The notes under the pieces: generated by a model | Seen by the model: only the letters and a program-made list of their open reading frames with translations | What the model was told of the DNA's origin: nothing | The model's database searches: none | Virus record (IMG/VR): IMGVR_UViG_3300033142_000461 | Coordinates: 1 to 60,825 of that record | From: a virus | Lineage: Duplodnaviria > Caudoviricetes | DNA: 60,825 bases | Strand: one strand, 5' to 3' | Part shown: piece by piece, positions 10,553-19,753 of the stretch | How positions within the stretch are numbered: the first letter of the stretch is position 1 | Layout of the letters: the number at the start of each line of letters is the position of its first letter | Made by a program: the position numbers and the translations under genes

Positions 10553-12268
10553 ATGGGATTCAGTTTAAGCCCTTCTATCGATGTACAAGAGATAGACCTA
10601 ACAACATCTGTACCTGCTGTTGCAACCTCTATCGGTGGCATTGTTGGGGACTTTGAGTGGGGTCCTGTTGACGAAAGACGTATTATCGCATCAGAAGATC
10701 AACTAGTAAAAGTGTTCGGATTGCCGAACAACACAAACGCGAAAGATTGGTGGTCAGCTGCTAACTTCCTTGCGTACTCTGGTAACCTTAACGTTATTCG
10801 TTCTATTGATGCTGCTGCTATGAACGCATGTGCAAAATGGAACGCTGATGAGACAGTACCAACTACACCACAACAAATAAAGAATCAAGACGCTTTTGAA
10901 GCTGCAACAATCACTGATGCTGCTGTTATCGCAAAGTATCCTGGTGTTTACGGAAACAAAGTTACCGTTTCAATGATTGGTTTCGATGAAATTGCATACG
11001 AAGAGACTGCTGGTGATGTGTGGGACAATTGGAATTACAACAGTAGTTTCGAATATGCTCCTGATACAGCGGGTGATATTTGGATTGTTGTAATGTATGA
11101 TGGTGTTATCGTTGAAAAATACACAGTTAGTTCAAACGTTGATGCGCTTGACTATCTAGGAAACACTAACTATATTGAAACAGTAGTAAATCGTAAATCT
11201 GAATATATTTGGATTGATGCTTCTAATCTATTAGTTGATGCCCTTGCTGCAGACCTAACAACCGCTACGCCAGACTTAGTTCCGGATTTGTGGTATCTTG
11301 GTGACGTATTAAATGTTTTGATTGATGGATATATCAATACAGCTGTTGCTCATAACGGACACAACTTTGTACTTACACAAGGTTTAGATGACGCTCCTGA
11401 TGACGCTGCATTGCAACTGTCTTGGGACATTATGGCAAACCCAGAAGAATTTGATGTTAATCTTCTTATTACTGGTGCTGCTTCTGTAGCTGTTGCTCAA
11501 TATGTAGTACAGAATGTTGCTGAAGTTCGTAAAGATTGTGTTGCTTTCTTCTCTCCACAAGAAACAAACGTTGTTTCTGATGGTACTCCTGCGGTATCTA
11601 TTGTTGGTGCTAAACCTGCGATTGCTACTACATACGGCGTTATGGACGGTAACTACAAGTATCAGTTTGACAAATACAATGATGTATATCGTTGGTTGCC
11701 ACTGAACGGCGACATCGCTGGTCTATGTGCGCGAGTTGATGACACAAATGACCCATGGTGGTCACCTGCTGGTTACAACCGTGGTCAAATCAAGAATGTT
11801 CAGAAGTTGGCTTTCCAACCTACTAAAGCACAAAGAGATGAACTATACAAGAACGGTATCAACAGTGTAATGACTACTAAAGGTGATGGTACTCTTCTTT
11901 ATGGAGATAAGACATTCACAATTAAACCTAGTGCATTTGGTTATATCAATGTTCGTAGATTGTTCATTGTTATGGAAAAGGCGATTGCGACTGCTTCTAA
12001 GTACTCACTATTCGAATTCAATGATGCCTTCACACGTAATCGTTTCTACAATATGGTAGAACCTTTCCTACGTGACATCAAAGGTCGTAGAGGTGTATAC
12101 GAATATGCCGTTGTTGTTGATGAACGTGTTAATACTCCAGAAGTTATTGACCGCGGTGAATTCCGTTGTGACATCTATATCAAACCTTCTCGTTCTATCC
12201 AGAACATTAGTTTGAGTTTCATTGCCACTAAGACTGGTGTTGATTTCGATGAAATTATTAACGCTTAA
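10553..12268 (+). CDS. gp18: Tail sheath protein gp18
   Basis: SP..EIDLT, WGPV, PWWSPAGYNRG, INVRRLF, FEFND; AATAAATA late promoter at 10504. Confidence 0.97.
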   Translation: MGFSLSPSIDVQEIDLTTSVPAVATSIGGIVGDFEWGPVDERRIIASEDQLVKVFGLPNNTNAKDWWSAANFLAYSGNLNVIRSIDAAAMNACAKWNADETVPTTPQQIKNQDAFEAATITDAAVIAKYPGVYGNKVTVSMIGFDEIAYEETAGDVWDNWNYNSSFEYAPDTAGDIWIVVMYDGVIVEKYTVSSNVDALDYLGNTNYIETVVNRKSEYIWIDASNLLVDALAADLTTATPDLVPDLWYLGDVLNVLIDGYINTAVAHNGHNFVLTQGLDDAPDDAALQLSWDIMANPEEFDVNLLITGAASVAVAQYVVQNVAEVRKDCVAFFSPQETNVVSDGTPAVSIVGAKPAIATTYGVMDGNYKYQFDKYNDVYRWLPLNGDIAGLCARVDDTNDPWWSPAGYNRGQIKNVQKLAFQPTKAQRDELYKNGINSVMTTKGDGTLLYGDKTFTIKPSAFGYINVRRLFIVMEKAIATASKYSLFEFNDAFTRNRFYNMVEPFLRDIKGRRGVYEYAVVVDERVNTPEVIDRGEFRCDIYIKPSRSIQNISLSFIATKTGVDFDEIINA

Positions 12269-12284
12269 TTAGAGGATTATAAAA

Positions 12285-12785
12285 ATGAATGTAACAGATT
12301 TCAAAAGTAAATTCGCTTCTCTAGCGCGTCCTAACAGATTCAAAGTTTCCGGCTTCACCGCCGGAGGTCTTGGTGAAGACTTGTCGTTCATGTGTAAAGC
12401 TGCTAACTTACCAGCAGTTACTACAGGTGTTGTAGAAGTTCCATATAACGGTCGTGTTATTAAAGTTGCTGGCGACAGAACATATGAAGAATGGACAGTA
12501 ACAATTATGGTTAACAAAGATTTTGTTACCCGTAAGGCATTTGAAGATTGGGCTAATAAAATCAACGACCCAGAAACAAATGTTGGTGCTGGAAGTCATG
12601 CCGATTATAAGGCAGACGGTATGGTTGAACAACTTGACGCAACCGGACAAGTTCTCGCAGCATACAATATTGTTGGCGCATGGCCATCACTTGTTTCAGA
12701 AGTTGAACTTTCTTGGGATTCAAACGATACCGTGTCTGAATTCACAGTGACCTTCTCATATGATTACTGGACTCGTTCAGCATAA
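12285..12785 (+). CDS. gp19: Tail tube protein gp19
   Basis: ARPNRF, AGDRTYEEW, AWP...EL.WD, EFTVTFSYDYW. Confidence 0.96.
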   Translation: MNVTDFKSKFASLARPNRFKVSGFTAGGLGEDLSFMCKAANLPAVTTGVVEVPYNGRVIKVAGDRTYEEWTVTIMVNKDFVTRKAFEDWANKINDPETNVGAGSHADYKADGMVEQLDATGQVLAAYNIVGAWPSLVSEVELSWDSNDTVSEFTVTFSYDYWTRSA

Positions 12786-12809
12786 TAAGAATCACTTTCA
12801 AGTGACCCA

Positions 12810-12835
12810 AAAAAAGGGACTTCGGTCCCTTTTTT
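12810..12835 (+). terminator. Rho-independent terminator
   Basis: AAAAAAGGGAC-TTCG-GTCCCTTTTTT. Confidence 0.88.
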
Positions 12836-12879
12836 ATTGTTTGATAAATAAAGGACAATGATAATATCAGGAAATCATA

Positions 12880-14505
12880 ATGGCACAAGTTAAATTATTC
12901 GGCTTAGAGTTCAATTTAAAGAAGTCTGAACAGATAAAACAAGAGAAGTCAGACGATAAGAATACAAAGTCATTTGTTGAAAAACAAGATAATGACGGCG
13001 CTATTGTATTAGAGGATGGAATTAATAATTCATTCTTATATAGTTTTGATGAAACCTTCGCGTCAGAAAAACAACAAATTGAGAAATATCGTATGATGGC
13101 TCTTGATGTGGACGTTGATTGGGCCGTTGATGATATTGTAAATGAATCTTTCACATTTGATAGTGCTGAGAAGGTTGTAGAGGTAGACCTTACAAACACC
13201 GAACTCACAGAAAATATCAAAACAAAAATTACAGACGAATTTGACCATGTATTAAATCTCCTTGATTTCAATAATAAAGGTGATGAGATTTTCAGACGTT
13301 GGTTTGTTGACGGACGTATCTTTACACACAAACTAGTCAATACAAAGAAGCCGGCAGAAGGTATTAAACAGCTAAGATTTGTCGACCCAGTTAATATTAA
13401 GAAGGTTGTTGAACAAAACTTTGTTGAGGAAGAAGGTGTACGGGTATATAAGGAACCTACAATTTATTATGTGTATAAAAAACATAGTGAAAATGTAATA
13501 GGTGATACTATTCAAACCACAATGATTAAGGTACCTGAAAAGGCCATAACATATGTACACTCTGGTATCAAAGACCCAAAATCTGGTAGCGTTCTATCAT
13601 ACCTACACAGAGCAATCAAACCACTTAATCAACTCAACATGCTTGAAGATGCGACCGCTATCTATAAGATTGCACGTGCTCCCAGTCGTAGAGTGTTCTA
13701 TGTAGATATTGGTAACCTTCCAAAGTCACAAGCCGAGCAGTATATGCGCGGTATCATGAACAACTACAAGAACAAGATGGTTTATGATTCATCAACAGGC
13801 GAGATGAAAGAACAAAGAAATCATATGTCTATGTTGGAAGACATTTGGTTGCCACGTAGAGAAGGTAGTCGTGGTACAGAGGTATCTACACTTGATGGTG
13901 CTAGTGGTTTCTCTGAGATGGATGAAGTAATATACTTCAAGAACAAACTATTCAGAGCTCTACAAATTCCTAAATCACGTATCGAAGAAGGCGCACAATT
14001 CAATGTTGGTCGTTCTAGTGAGATTTCCCGTGATGAGGTTAAGTTCAACAAATATGTAGGCAAACTACGTAAGAAGTTCTCTGAGTTGCTTAGAGATATT
14101 TTGAAGACACAACTATTACTCAAAAAGGTTATCACCTATGATGACTGGCACGAAATTAAGAATAGTATAAACTTCGACTTCAATACAGATTCATACTTTG
14201 CCGAACTTAAAGAGACCGAGATACTAACCAGTAGATTAGAAGTACTTGCAGAGATAGATCAGTACGTAGGAAAGTATTACAGTCTGCTTGATGTTAAGAG
14301 GGATGTATTGAAACAATCTGACGAACAAATAAAAGAAACCCAAGATCAGATAAATAAAGAAGAAGAAGAAGGTTTAATTGGCGACGGTGATGACGAAGAT
14401 GGTGAAGATGAAGACACCGAAGATAAAGAAGCAGCACCAATGCCAGTACAGATTGTTGACCCAGACGAACAAACAAAAGAAAAAGATGATAAAGAGGATT
14501 CATAA
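12880..14505 (+). CDS. gp20: Portal protein gp20
   Basis: WFVDGR, YLHRAIKPLNQL, RRVFYVDIGNLP, EDIWLPRREG; GATAAATA promoter at 12843. Confidence 0.98.
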   Translation: MAQVKLFGLEFNLKKSEQIKQEKSDDKNTKSFVEKQDNDGAIVLEDGINNSFLYSFDETFASEKQQIEKYRMMALDVDVDWAVDDIVNESFTFDSAEKVVEVDLTNTELTENIKTKITDEFDHVLNLLDFNNKGDEIFRRWFVDGRIFTHKLVNTKKPAEGIKQLRFVDPVNIKKVVEQNFVEEEGVRVYKEPTIYYVYKKHSENVIGDTIQTTMIKVPEKAITYVHSGIKDPKSGSVLSYLHRAIKPLNQLNMLEDATAIYKIARAPSRRVFYVDIGNLPKSQAEQYMRGIMNNYKNKMVYDSSTGEMKEQRNHMSMLEDIWLPRREGSRGTEVSTLDGASGFSEMDEVIYFKNKLFRALQIPKSRIEEGAQFNVGRSSEISRDEVKFNKYVGKLRKKFSELLRDILKTQLLLKKVITYDDWHEIKNSINFDFNTDSYFAELKETEILTSRLEVLAEIDQYVGKYYSLLDVKRDVLKQSDEQIKETQDQINKEEEEGLIGDGDDEDGEDEDTEDKEAAPMPVQIVDPDEQTKEKDDKEDS

Positions 14506-14675
14506 TGGAAAGTAAGTATAGTTTCGATTCAGCGTCAAAATTCAAAGATATTGTTAACGCTAGATTGAGTAAAATAGCCCACAACAAGATTGGTGATTTT
14601 AAGAAATTGCTATCGAAAACAATTTTTACAGGTAAAAAAGATGATAAAGAAGTTAATTCAAGCGATAGTGAATAA
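14505..14675 (+). CDS. Small prohead core protein (gp67-like), 56 aa, not in the ORF track
   Basis: TAATG-coupled to gp20; MESKYSFDSASKFKDIVNARLSKIAHNKIGDFKKLLSKTIF...; occupies the gp67 position. Confidence 0.55.
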   Translation: MESKYSFDSASKFKDIVNARLSKIAHNKIGDFKKLLSKTIFTGKKDDKEVNSSDSE

Positions 14676-14964
14676 GAATCATACTCAAATTAAGGAATGT
14701 GTTAATTCAATCCTTATGGAGAAGATTTCAAAAGCATTAAACGAAAAAGCAAAACAAATTCTTGTTCGTGGTGGCAAGCGTGTACGTAAATTCCAAAGAG
14801 TTAAAGGAAAACATGTAGACGCAAAAACTGGTGTTGAGAAAAGAATTACCGGTGCTCAAGCGATGAAATTCAAAAAAGCTGGTATCAAGGCTGCTCGTAA
14901 AGGTAAAGGTAAACGTTCTATAGCGAAAGTTAAGAGAAAACGTTCAATGGCTAAGAAGTTTTAA
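14641..14964 (+). CDS. gp68: Prohead core protein gp68-like (basic)
   Basis: Very Lys/Arg-rich C-terminus between gp20 and gp21; likely ATG start at 14641. Confidence 0.7.
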   Translation: MIKKLIQAIVNKNHTQIKECVNSILMEKISKALNEKAKQILVRGGKRVRKFQRVKGKHVDAKTGVEKRITGAQAMKFKKAGIKAARKGKGKRSIAKVKRKRSMAKKF

Positions 14965-14969
14965 AGGAA

Positions 14970-15635
14970 ATGAATAACATGAGACTTATATCAGAAGAGT
15001 TAAGAGAAGGTCTAAAGGTAGACTCTGTACTTAACGAAGAAACAGGCAAGAAAGAACTATACATTAAAGGTATCTTTCTTCAACAAGAACAAAAGAATCG
15101 TAACGGGCGTGTATATCCTGCTGCGGTAATGGAAGGCGCAGTTAAGTCTTACATTGATGAATACGTTACAACAAAACGCGCAATTGGTGAACTAAATCAT
15201 CCTACGTCACCAGTTGTTAACCCTGCAAACGCTTCACACCTTATCACAAACATTGTACAAGAAGGTAACAACTATATTGGTACCGCAAAGATTCTTGATA
15301 CTCCTATGGGACAGATTGTTCGTGGTCTTGTAGAAGGTGGCGTCCAACTTGGTGTTTCATCAAGAGGTGTTGGTTCTCTTAAAGAAGAGAATGGCGTAAA
15401 CGTTGTACAGAACGACTTCAAAATGTTCACTGTGGACGTAGTTGGTGACCCTAGTGCTACAGATGCATGGGTTAACGGTATCTACGAAAGTGCAGAGTGG
15501 GTATGGGATAACGGCGCTTTAGTCGAACACGAAGTCCAACAAATTGTTGATATTATGGAACAAAGTCCAGTCGATAATACAGAGGCCCAAATTAAGGCCT
15601 TCTCTACTTTTATGAGCTTAATCAAAGCAAAATAA
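14970..15635 (+). CDS. gp21: Prohead protease gp21
   Basis: YIKGIFLQ..KNRNGRVYP, GELNHP, TPMG, GVSSRGVGS, DVV.DPS. Confidence 0.97.
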   Translation: MNNMRLISEELREGLKVDSVLNEETGKKELYIKGIFLQQEQKNRNGRVYPAAVMEGAVKSYIDEYVTTKRAIGELNHPTSPVVNPANASHLITNIVQEGNNYIGTAKILDTPMGQIVRGLVEGGVQLGVSSRGVGSLKEENGVNVVQNDFKMFTVDVVGDPSATDAWVNGIYESAEWVWDNGALVEHEVQQIVDIMEQSPVDNTEAQIKAFSTFMSLIKAK

Positions 15636-15715
15636 AAATAGAGATTTTTAATTTAATAAATAATACTAAGTAATCAGTTACTTACGATTTTAACATGTTA
15701 GGAGTAATCTAAAAA

Positions 15716-16657
15716 ATGACGATGTACAAATGCCCTGACTGCGATAGTTCTACTATGGAACTCAAAGAGGACGTTCACGTTTGTCCTGAGTGCCAAAAGT
15801 CATTAACTCTTGACGAAGCCGTTGAGTTGTTTGACAAAGGCGAACTTATTGCAATCTCAGAAGAGCTAGATACAAAAGAAGAAATCAAAGATGTTGACCT
15901 TAAAGTCAATATCGCTGAAGATTTCAAATCTCTTGTAGATGGCGAAGAACTCTCAGAAGAGTTCCAAAAGAAAGCTGCGACAATCTTTGAATCTGTTGTT
16001 AACCAAAAGGTTGCAGAGATCAATGGTGTCTTTGAACAGAAACTTGAGAAAGCGCAAGCTGAATCAGAAAAAACCCTTGAAGAAGCAAAAGTAGAATATC
16101 AATCAGAACTTGAAACTAAAGTTGATGATTATCTTGACTACGTTGTAACTGAGTGGATGGAAGCAAACGAACTCGCTATCGAGAACGGTGCTAGAACAGA
16201 AATTACAGAAGGTTTCATTGATGGTATGAAGGCTCTCTTTGCAGAAGCTTACATTGATGTACCAGAAGATCGTTTTGATGTTGTTGGCGACCTTGCAGAA
16301 AAAGTTGAGTCTCTTGAAAAAGAACTTGATAGCAAGATTGACGAAAGCATTGCAGCGAAGAAGAAATTGGAAGAGTCGTATTCAGTAATGGTCTTTAGCG
16401 AGATTGTTGAAGGTATGGCAGACACCGAAGTTGAGAAGTTTAAGGAGATTGCTGAAAGTGTCGCATTTGACGACATCGAAAGTTATCAAGAGAAGCTGAC
16501 GACTCTAAAGGAAAACTTTTTCAAGAAAGAAATCACAGAAGATGTGGAAATCCTTGAAGAAGTCATTGTCGAGGATGACAAAATTGATGACGTTGACGAT
16601 AAGAAAGACACAAGTACTTCTTACGAAGACGCAATCAGAGCGGCTCTCGCTAAATAA
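15716..16657 (+). CDS. gp22: Prohead scaffolding protein gp22 with N-terminal CxxC/CxxC extension
   Basis: LSEEFQKKAATIFES, YLDYVVTEW..AN.LAIE, acidic coiled coil; synteny. Confidence 0.93.
   Translation: MTMYKCPDCDSSTMELKEDVHVCPECQKSLTLDEAVELFDKGELIAISEELDTKEEIKDVDLKVNIAEDFKSLVDGEELSEEFQKKAATIFESVVNQKVAEINGVFEQKLEKAQAESEKTLEEAKVEYQSELETKVDDYLDYVVTEWMEANELAIENGARTEITEGFIDGMKALFAEAYIDVPEDRFDVVGDLAEKVESLEKELDSKIDESIAAKKKLEESYSVMVFSEIVEGMADTEVEKFKEIAESVAFDDIESYQEKLTTLKENFFKKEITEDVEILEEVIVEDDKIDDVDDKKDTSTSYEDAIRAALAK
16650..16656 (+). promoter_or_regulatory. Late promoter for gp23 (CTAAATA)
   Basis: CTAAATA ~35 nt upstream of the gp23 ATG. Confidence 0.65.
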
Positions 16658-16691
16658 CTTTTATTTTAAAATAGCATAGGAAAATATAAAA

Positions 16692-18014
16692 ATGCAAAAC
16701 ACAATCTTAACAGAAGATGTGAAGAAGTCATGGGAGCCAATCCTTAACGAATCTTCACTACCTGAAATCAAAGACGCAACGGTTCGTAATACTGTTATGC
16801 GCCTTCTTGAAAACACAAAAGCGGAACTTAACGAAGCTGCAACTACTATTGCTGCTGACGGTACTTCTACAAACGGTGCTGCTGACAACTATGACCCAGT
16901 TCTTATCAAACTGATTCGTAGAACTATGCCTTCTATCATTGCACATGATATTATCGGCGTACAACCAATGTCAGGTCCTACTGGTCTTGTCTTCTCTATG
17001 GCGGCTGAGTATGTAGATGGCGGTGCTGAGGCATTCGGCGTTGACGCTCCTGTTGACCAAGGTAAGAACACTACCACCGAAGCTGAATTGCTTGGTGCAG
17101 ATACAGAAATCACTGCTGCAAACAACGATGGTTCTGGTACTGCTGCACTTCCAGTAACACAAGTATCTCCTTGGAAAGAAATGACCTTCAGCATCGAGAA
17201 AGCGCCAGTAGACGTTCAAACTCGCGCACTGAAAGGTACTTACACCCAAGAGCTTGCACAAGACCTTAAAGCAATTCATGGTATTGATGCAGAAACAGAA
17301 CTTGCTAACATCCTTGCTGGCGAACTTACTGCTGAAATCAATCGTGAGATGATTGCTCTTATCGATAACCAAGCGATTATCACTCCTGTTACTGACTGGC
17401 GTGGTGGTGGAGCTGGTACTGCTCCTTTAGGTACTGAACTTATGACTGTTGGTGAATTCGACCTTGAAGCAGATACAGACGCTATCGGCGAGATTGACCA
17501 AATCAAGGCACTTATGTTGTTCTTGAACAATCAGTCTGCACGTATCGCTCGTGGTACTCGTAGAGGAATGGCGAACTGGATTATCACTTCTCCTTCTATC
17601 GCTGGTGCTCTTGAGACTGCTGGTAAAGTAGACGCGATTGCTAACTTCGGCGCAGTTTCAACTCCTGCTGATGTTGGTGTTACATATGCTGGTATCCTTA
17701 ATGGCCGTTACAAGCTGTTCATCGACCCATATATGGCAACAGATATCGTTTACATGGGTTACAAAGGTGCTTCTGCATATGATGCTGGTGCATACTACAG
17801 TCCATATGTTCCAATGAGTCTTATGAAGGCAGTTGGTGAGAACGACTTCCAACCTCGTATCGGATTCAAAACCCGTTATGGTCTTGCTGTTAACCCAATG
17901 GCAGTTGCGAAAGGTTCTCGTAACAACATCAGCATCTCTGATGCTACTAGTGCAGGTAATGTTGGCTATCACGCTAACCCTTACTTCCGTAAGTTCACCG
18001 TTCTAGGATTGTAA
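16692..18014 (+). CDS. gp23: Major capsid protein gp23
   Basis: GVQPMSGPTGLVF, ELAQDLKAIHGIDAETELANIL, FQPRIGFKTRYG; likely gp21 cleavage after L-N-E. Confidence 0.98.
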   Translation: MQNTILTEDVKKSWEPILNESSLPEIKDATVRNTVMRLLENTKAELNEAATTIAADGTSTNGAADNYDPVLIKLIRRTMPSIIAHDIIGVQPMSGPTGLVFSMAAEYVDGGAEAFGVDAPVDQGKNTTTEAELLGADTEITAANNDGSGTAALPVTQVSPWKEMTFSIEKAPVDVQTRALKGTYTQELAQDLKAIHGIDAETELANILAGELTAEINREMIALIDNQAIITPVTDWRGGGAGTAPLGTELMTVGEFDLEADTDAIGEIDQIKALMLFLNNQSARIARGTRRGMANWIITSPSIAGALETAGKVDAIANFGAVSTPADVGVTYAGILNGRYKLFIDPYMATDIVYMGYKGASAYDAGAYYSPYVPMSLMKAVGENDFQPRIGFKTRYGLAVNPMAVAKGSRNNISISDATSAGNVGYHANPYFRKFTVLGL

Positions 18015-18045
18015 ACCATCCGAAATTAGAATTTATTCTAAGATT

Positions 18046-18073
18046 AAAAGGAACCTTCGGGTTCCTTTTTTTT
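18046..18073. terminator. Terminator between gp23 and the convergent HNH gene, probably bidirectional
   Basis: AAAAGGAACC-TTCG-GGTTCCTTTTTTTT. Confidence 0.88.
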
Positions 18074-18076
18074 CGC

Positions 18077-18721
18077 CTATCGTTTTATATATTCTCTATG
18101 AGACTTGATAATATTTTTTATTCCAAATTTCTCAAATCTGTTTATACCATTTTTAAGTTCTGACATATAGCACATTATAGTTGTATCTTTTCTTCCGACA
18201 ATATCAACTATATAATCAAAACTAACAATCTCCTTATTTCCATTATTCCATTCTACTTCATAGAAGTTAACCTGATTGTTTTCTTTATTAAATTTCTTTT
18301 TAGATGAAGATATTTTCTTTTTATTATCGGCCGAACGTTTCTTTCCTTTCCAAGATTCTCCTAGTTTCGATGCCTGTTGTTTCAACTCTATAGTTCTTTC
18401 TCTACCCCAAATATCCTCAGCAAGCTTGCCCTTCTTTGATATAGACATCTTCTCTTTTGTTACTTCGGAGTGTTTACGTCCCAATATTCCCATATATCCG
18501 ACACACACACCGTCACCACGACAGCGGTGTATAGATTGGTGGTCGTCAGGATGCAAAGCGATAAGATTGGAAGGATGGTGAGAACCACCACAAGATATTG
18601 GTTTAATATGATGAACGTGATAACCTTCAGGAATAGACCATTCTGGATAGAATTGTCTCCAATAAATCTCAAGATTTTTACGATAGTTTGTTTTGGTATA
18701 AATAGATGTAAGCATTGTCAT
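18077..18721 (-). CDS. Free-standing HNH homing endonuclease with NUMOD3-like repeats
   Basis: HVHHIKP..CGG.H.PSNL..L...DH..IH and GRKHSEVTKEKMS; the second ATG (18715) fits the GGAG RBS better. Confidence 0.88.
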   Translation of the reverse strand: MTMLTSIYTKTNYRKNLEIYWRQFYPEWSIPEGYHVHHIKPISCGGSHHPSNLIALHPDDHQSIHRCRGDGVCVGYMGILGRKHSEVTKEKMSISKKGKLAEDIWGRERTIELKQQASKLGESWKGKKRSADNKKKISSSKKKFNKENNQVNFYEVEWNNGNKEIVSFDYIVDIVGRKDTTIMCYMSELKNGINRFEKFGIKNIIKSHREYIKR

Positions 18722-18790
18722 ACTCCAATATGTTAATGTTAGGATTGAGAAGGTGTTTCAGCACCTTTTTGATCTGTACTAATATTTATA
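18697..18790. promoter_or_regulatory. Face-to-face late promoters with RBS-sequestering hairpin leader
   Basis: TATAAATA on + (18697-18704, towards gp3) and on - (18783-18790, towards HNH); hairpin AAGGTG-tttcag-CACCTT between them. Confidence 0.7.
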
Positions 18791-18823
18791 CAAAATCAAT
18801 TCTCTATTCTCGGCCTATGAACT

Positions 18824-19288
18824 ATGAATGAAACTAGACAAAATAATTTTCTGTTGTCCTTTGGAAAACTACCAAACGTAACATATTATACACACACAAC
18901 AACTATACCAACAATGACGGTTGGTGAGGCCAATGTACCTAGTCCTGTATTAGACTATCCTATTCCAGGAGAAAAGATTACTTTCGAACCATTCTCATAT
19001 GAATTCAACGTTGACGAAAACTATGTTAACTACCTTGAAATATATGACTGGATGATGGAGATGGCCAATCCTGACTATAGGGATGATATTCCTGATGATA
19101 AGGATATGATGTCAGACGCAACATTAACAATTCTAAACAACCAGAACAATCCTATTATCAATGTACATTTCAAAGATGTGTGGCCTACTTCTCTTGGTGA
19201 TGTTCAATTAACCACACAAGCTTCTGAAATAATCACTTGTACGGTTACACTCACATATTCAAATTTTGTACTCGAAAATTTACGGTGA
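18824..19288 (+). CDS. gp3: Tail completion/sheath stabiliser gp3
   Basis: PG.K..FE...F.VDEN..NY.EIYDW, SDATLTIL, F.D.WPTSL. Confidence 0.9.
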   Translation: MNETRQNNFLLSFGKLPNVTYYTHTTTIPTMTVGEANVPSPVLDYPIPGEKITFEPFSYEFNVDENYVNYLEIYDWMMEMANPDYRDDIPDDKDMMSDATLTILNNQNNPIINVHFKDVWPTSLGDVQLTTQASEIITCTVTLTYSNFVLENLR

Positions 19289-19327
19289 TAAATAGTATTA
19301 CTGAATTTATTATATTATGTTTTTATT

Positions 19328-19753
19328 ATGTCAAACTATCCATCTACTCAAAAAATCGTTGAGGCTCTTGATAAGAAGTTAATCACCGACCTTGGTGATA
19401 GAAACGATTACGAATCTGTATCAAGAAATGTGCCTAGTGTACATGCCGAATTTATACGTCTATCCTATGACGAAGCATTAAGACAACAAGAACTAAAAGC
19501 TGAGTGGGACAAACTGTACCGCGACAAATACGAATATTACCGTTATAACTACAAGTATGTCTTTAATAATAAGGCAGAATGTGATGTGTTTATCAATGGT
19601 GATGAGGATATCATTGCGTTTAAAAAGAAACTAAACAAAAGTAAAATAATAATGGACCATCTTGAACAGTTAACCAAGATGTTAGAAAAGATTTCATTCA
19701 ATATTCGTAACGCATTAGAAGCTAAAAAGATGGAAGGCGGAAGTTACCTGTGA
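19328..19753 (+). CDS. uvsY: Recombination mediator UvsY
   Basis: Helical protein with YEYY...INGDED...FNIRNALE pattern; between gp3 and uvsW. Confidence 0.8.
   Translation: MSNYPSTQKIVEALDKKLITDLGDRNDYESVSRNVPSVHAEFIRLSYDEALRQQELKAEWDKLYRDKYEYYRYNYKYVFNNKAECDVFINGDEDIIAFKKKLNKSKIIMDHLEQLTKMLEKISFNIRNALEAKKMEGGSYL

Noticed and set aside
18014-18824. Absence of gp24 after gp23
   Set aside because: Common in T4-like phages distant from the T-evens, and it could lie outside the window.
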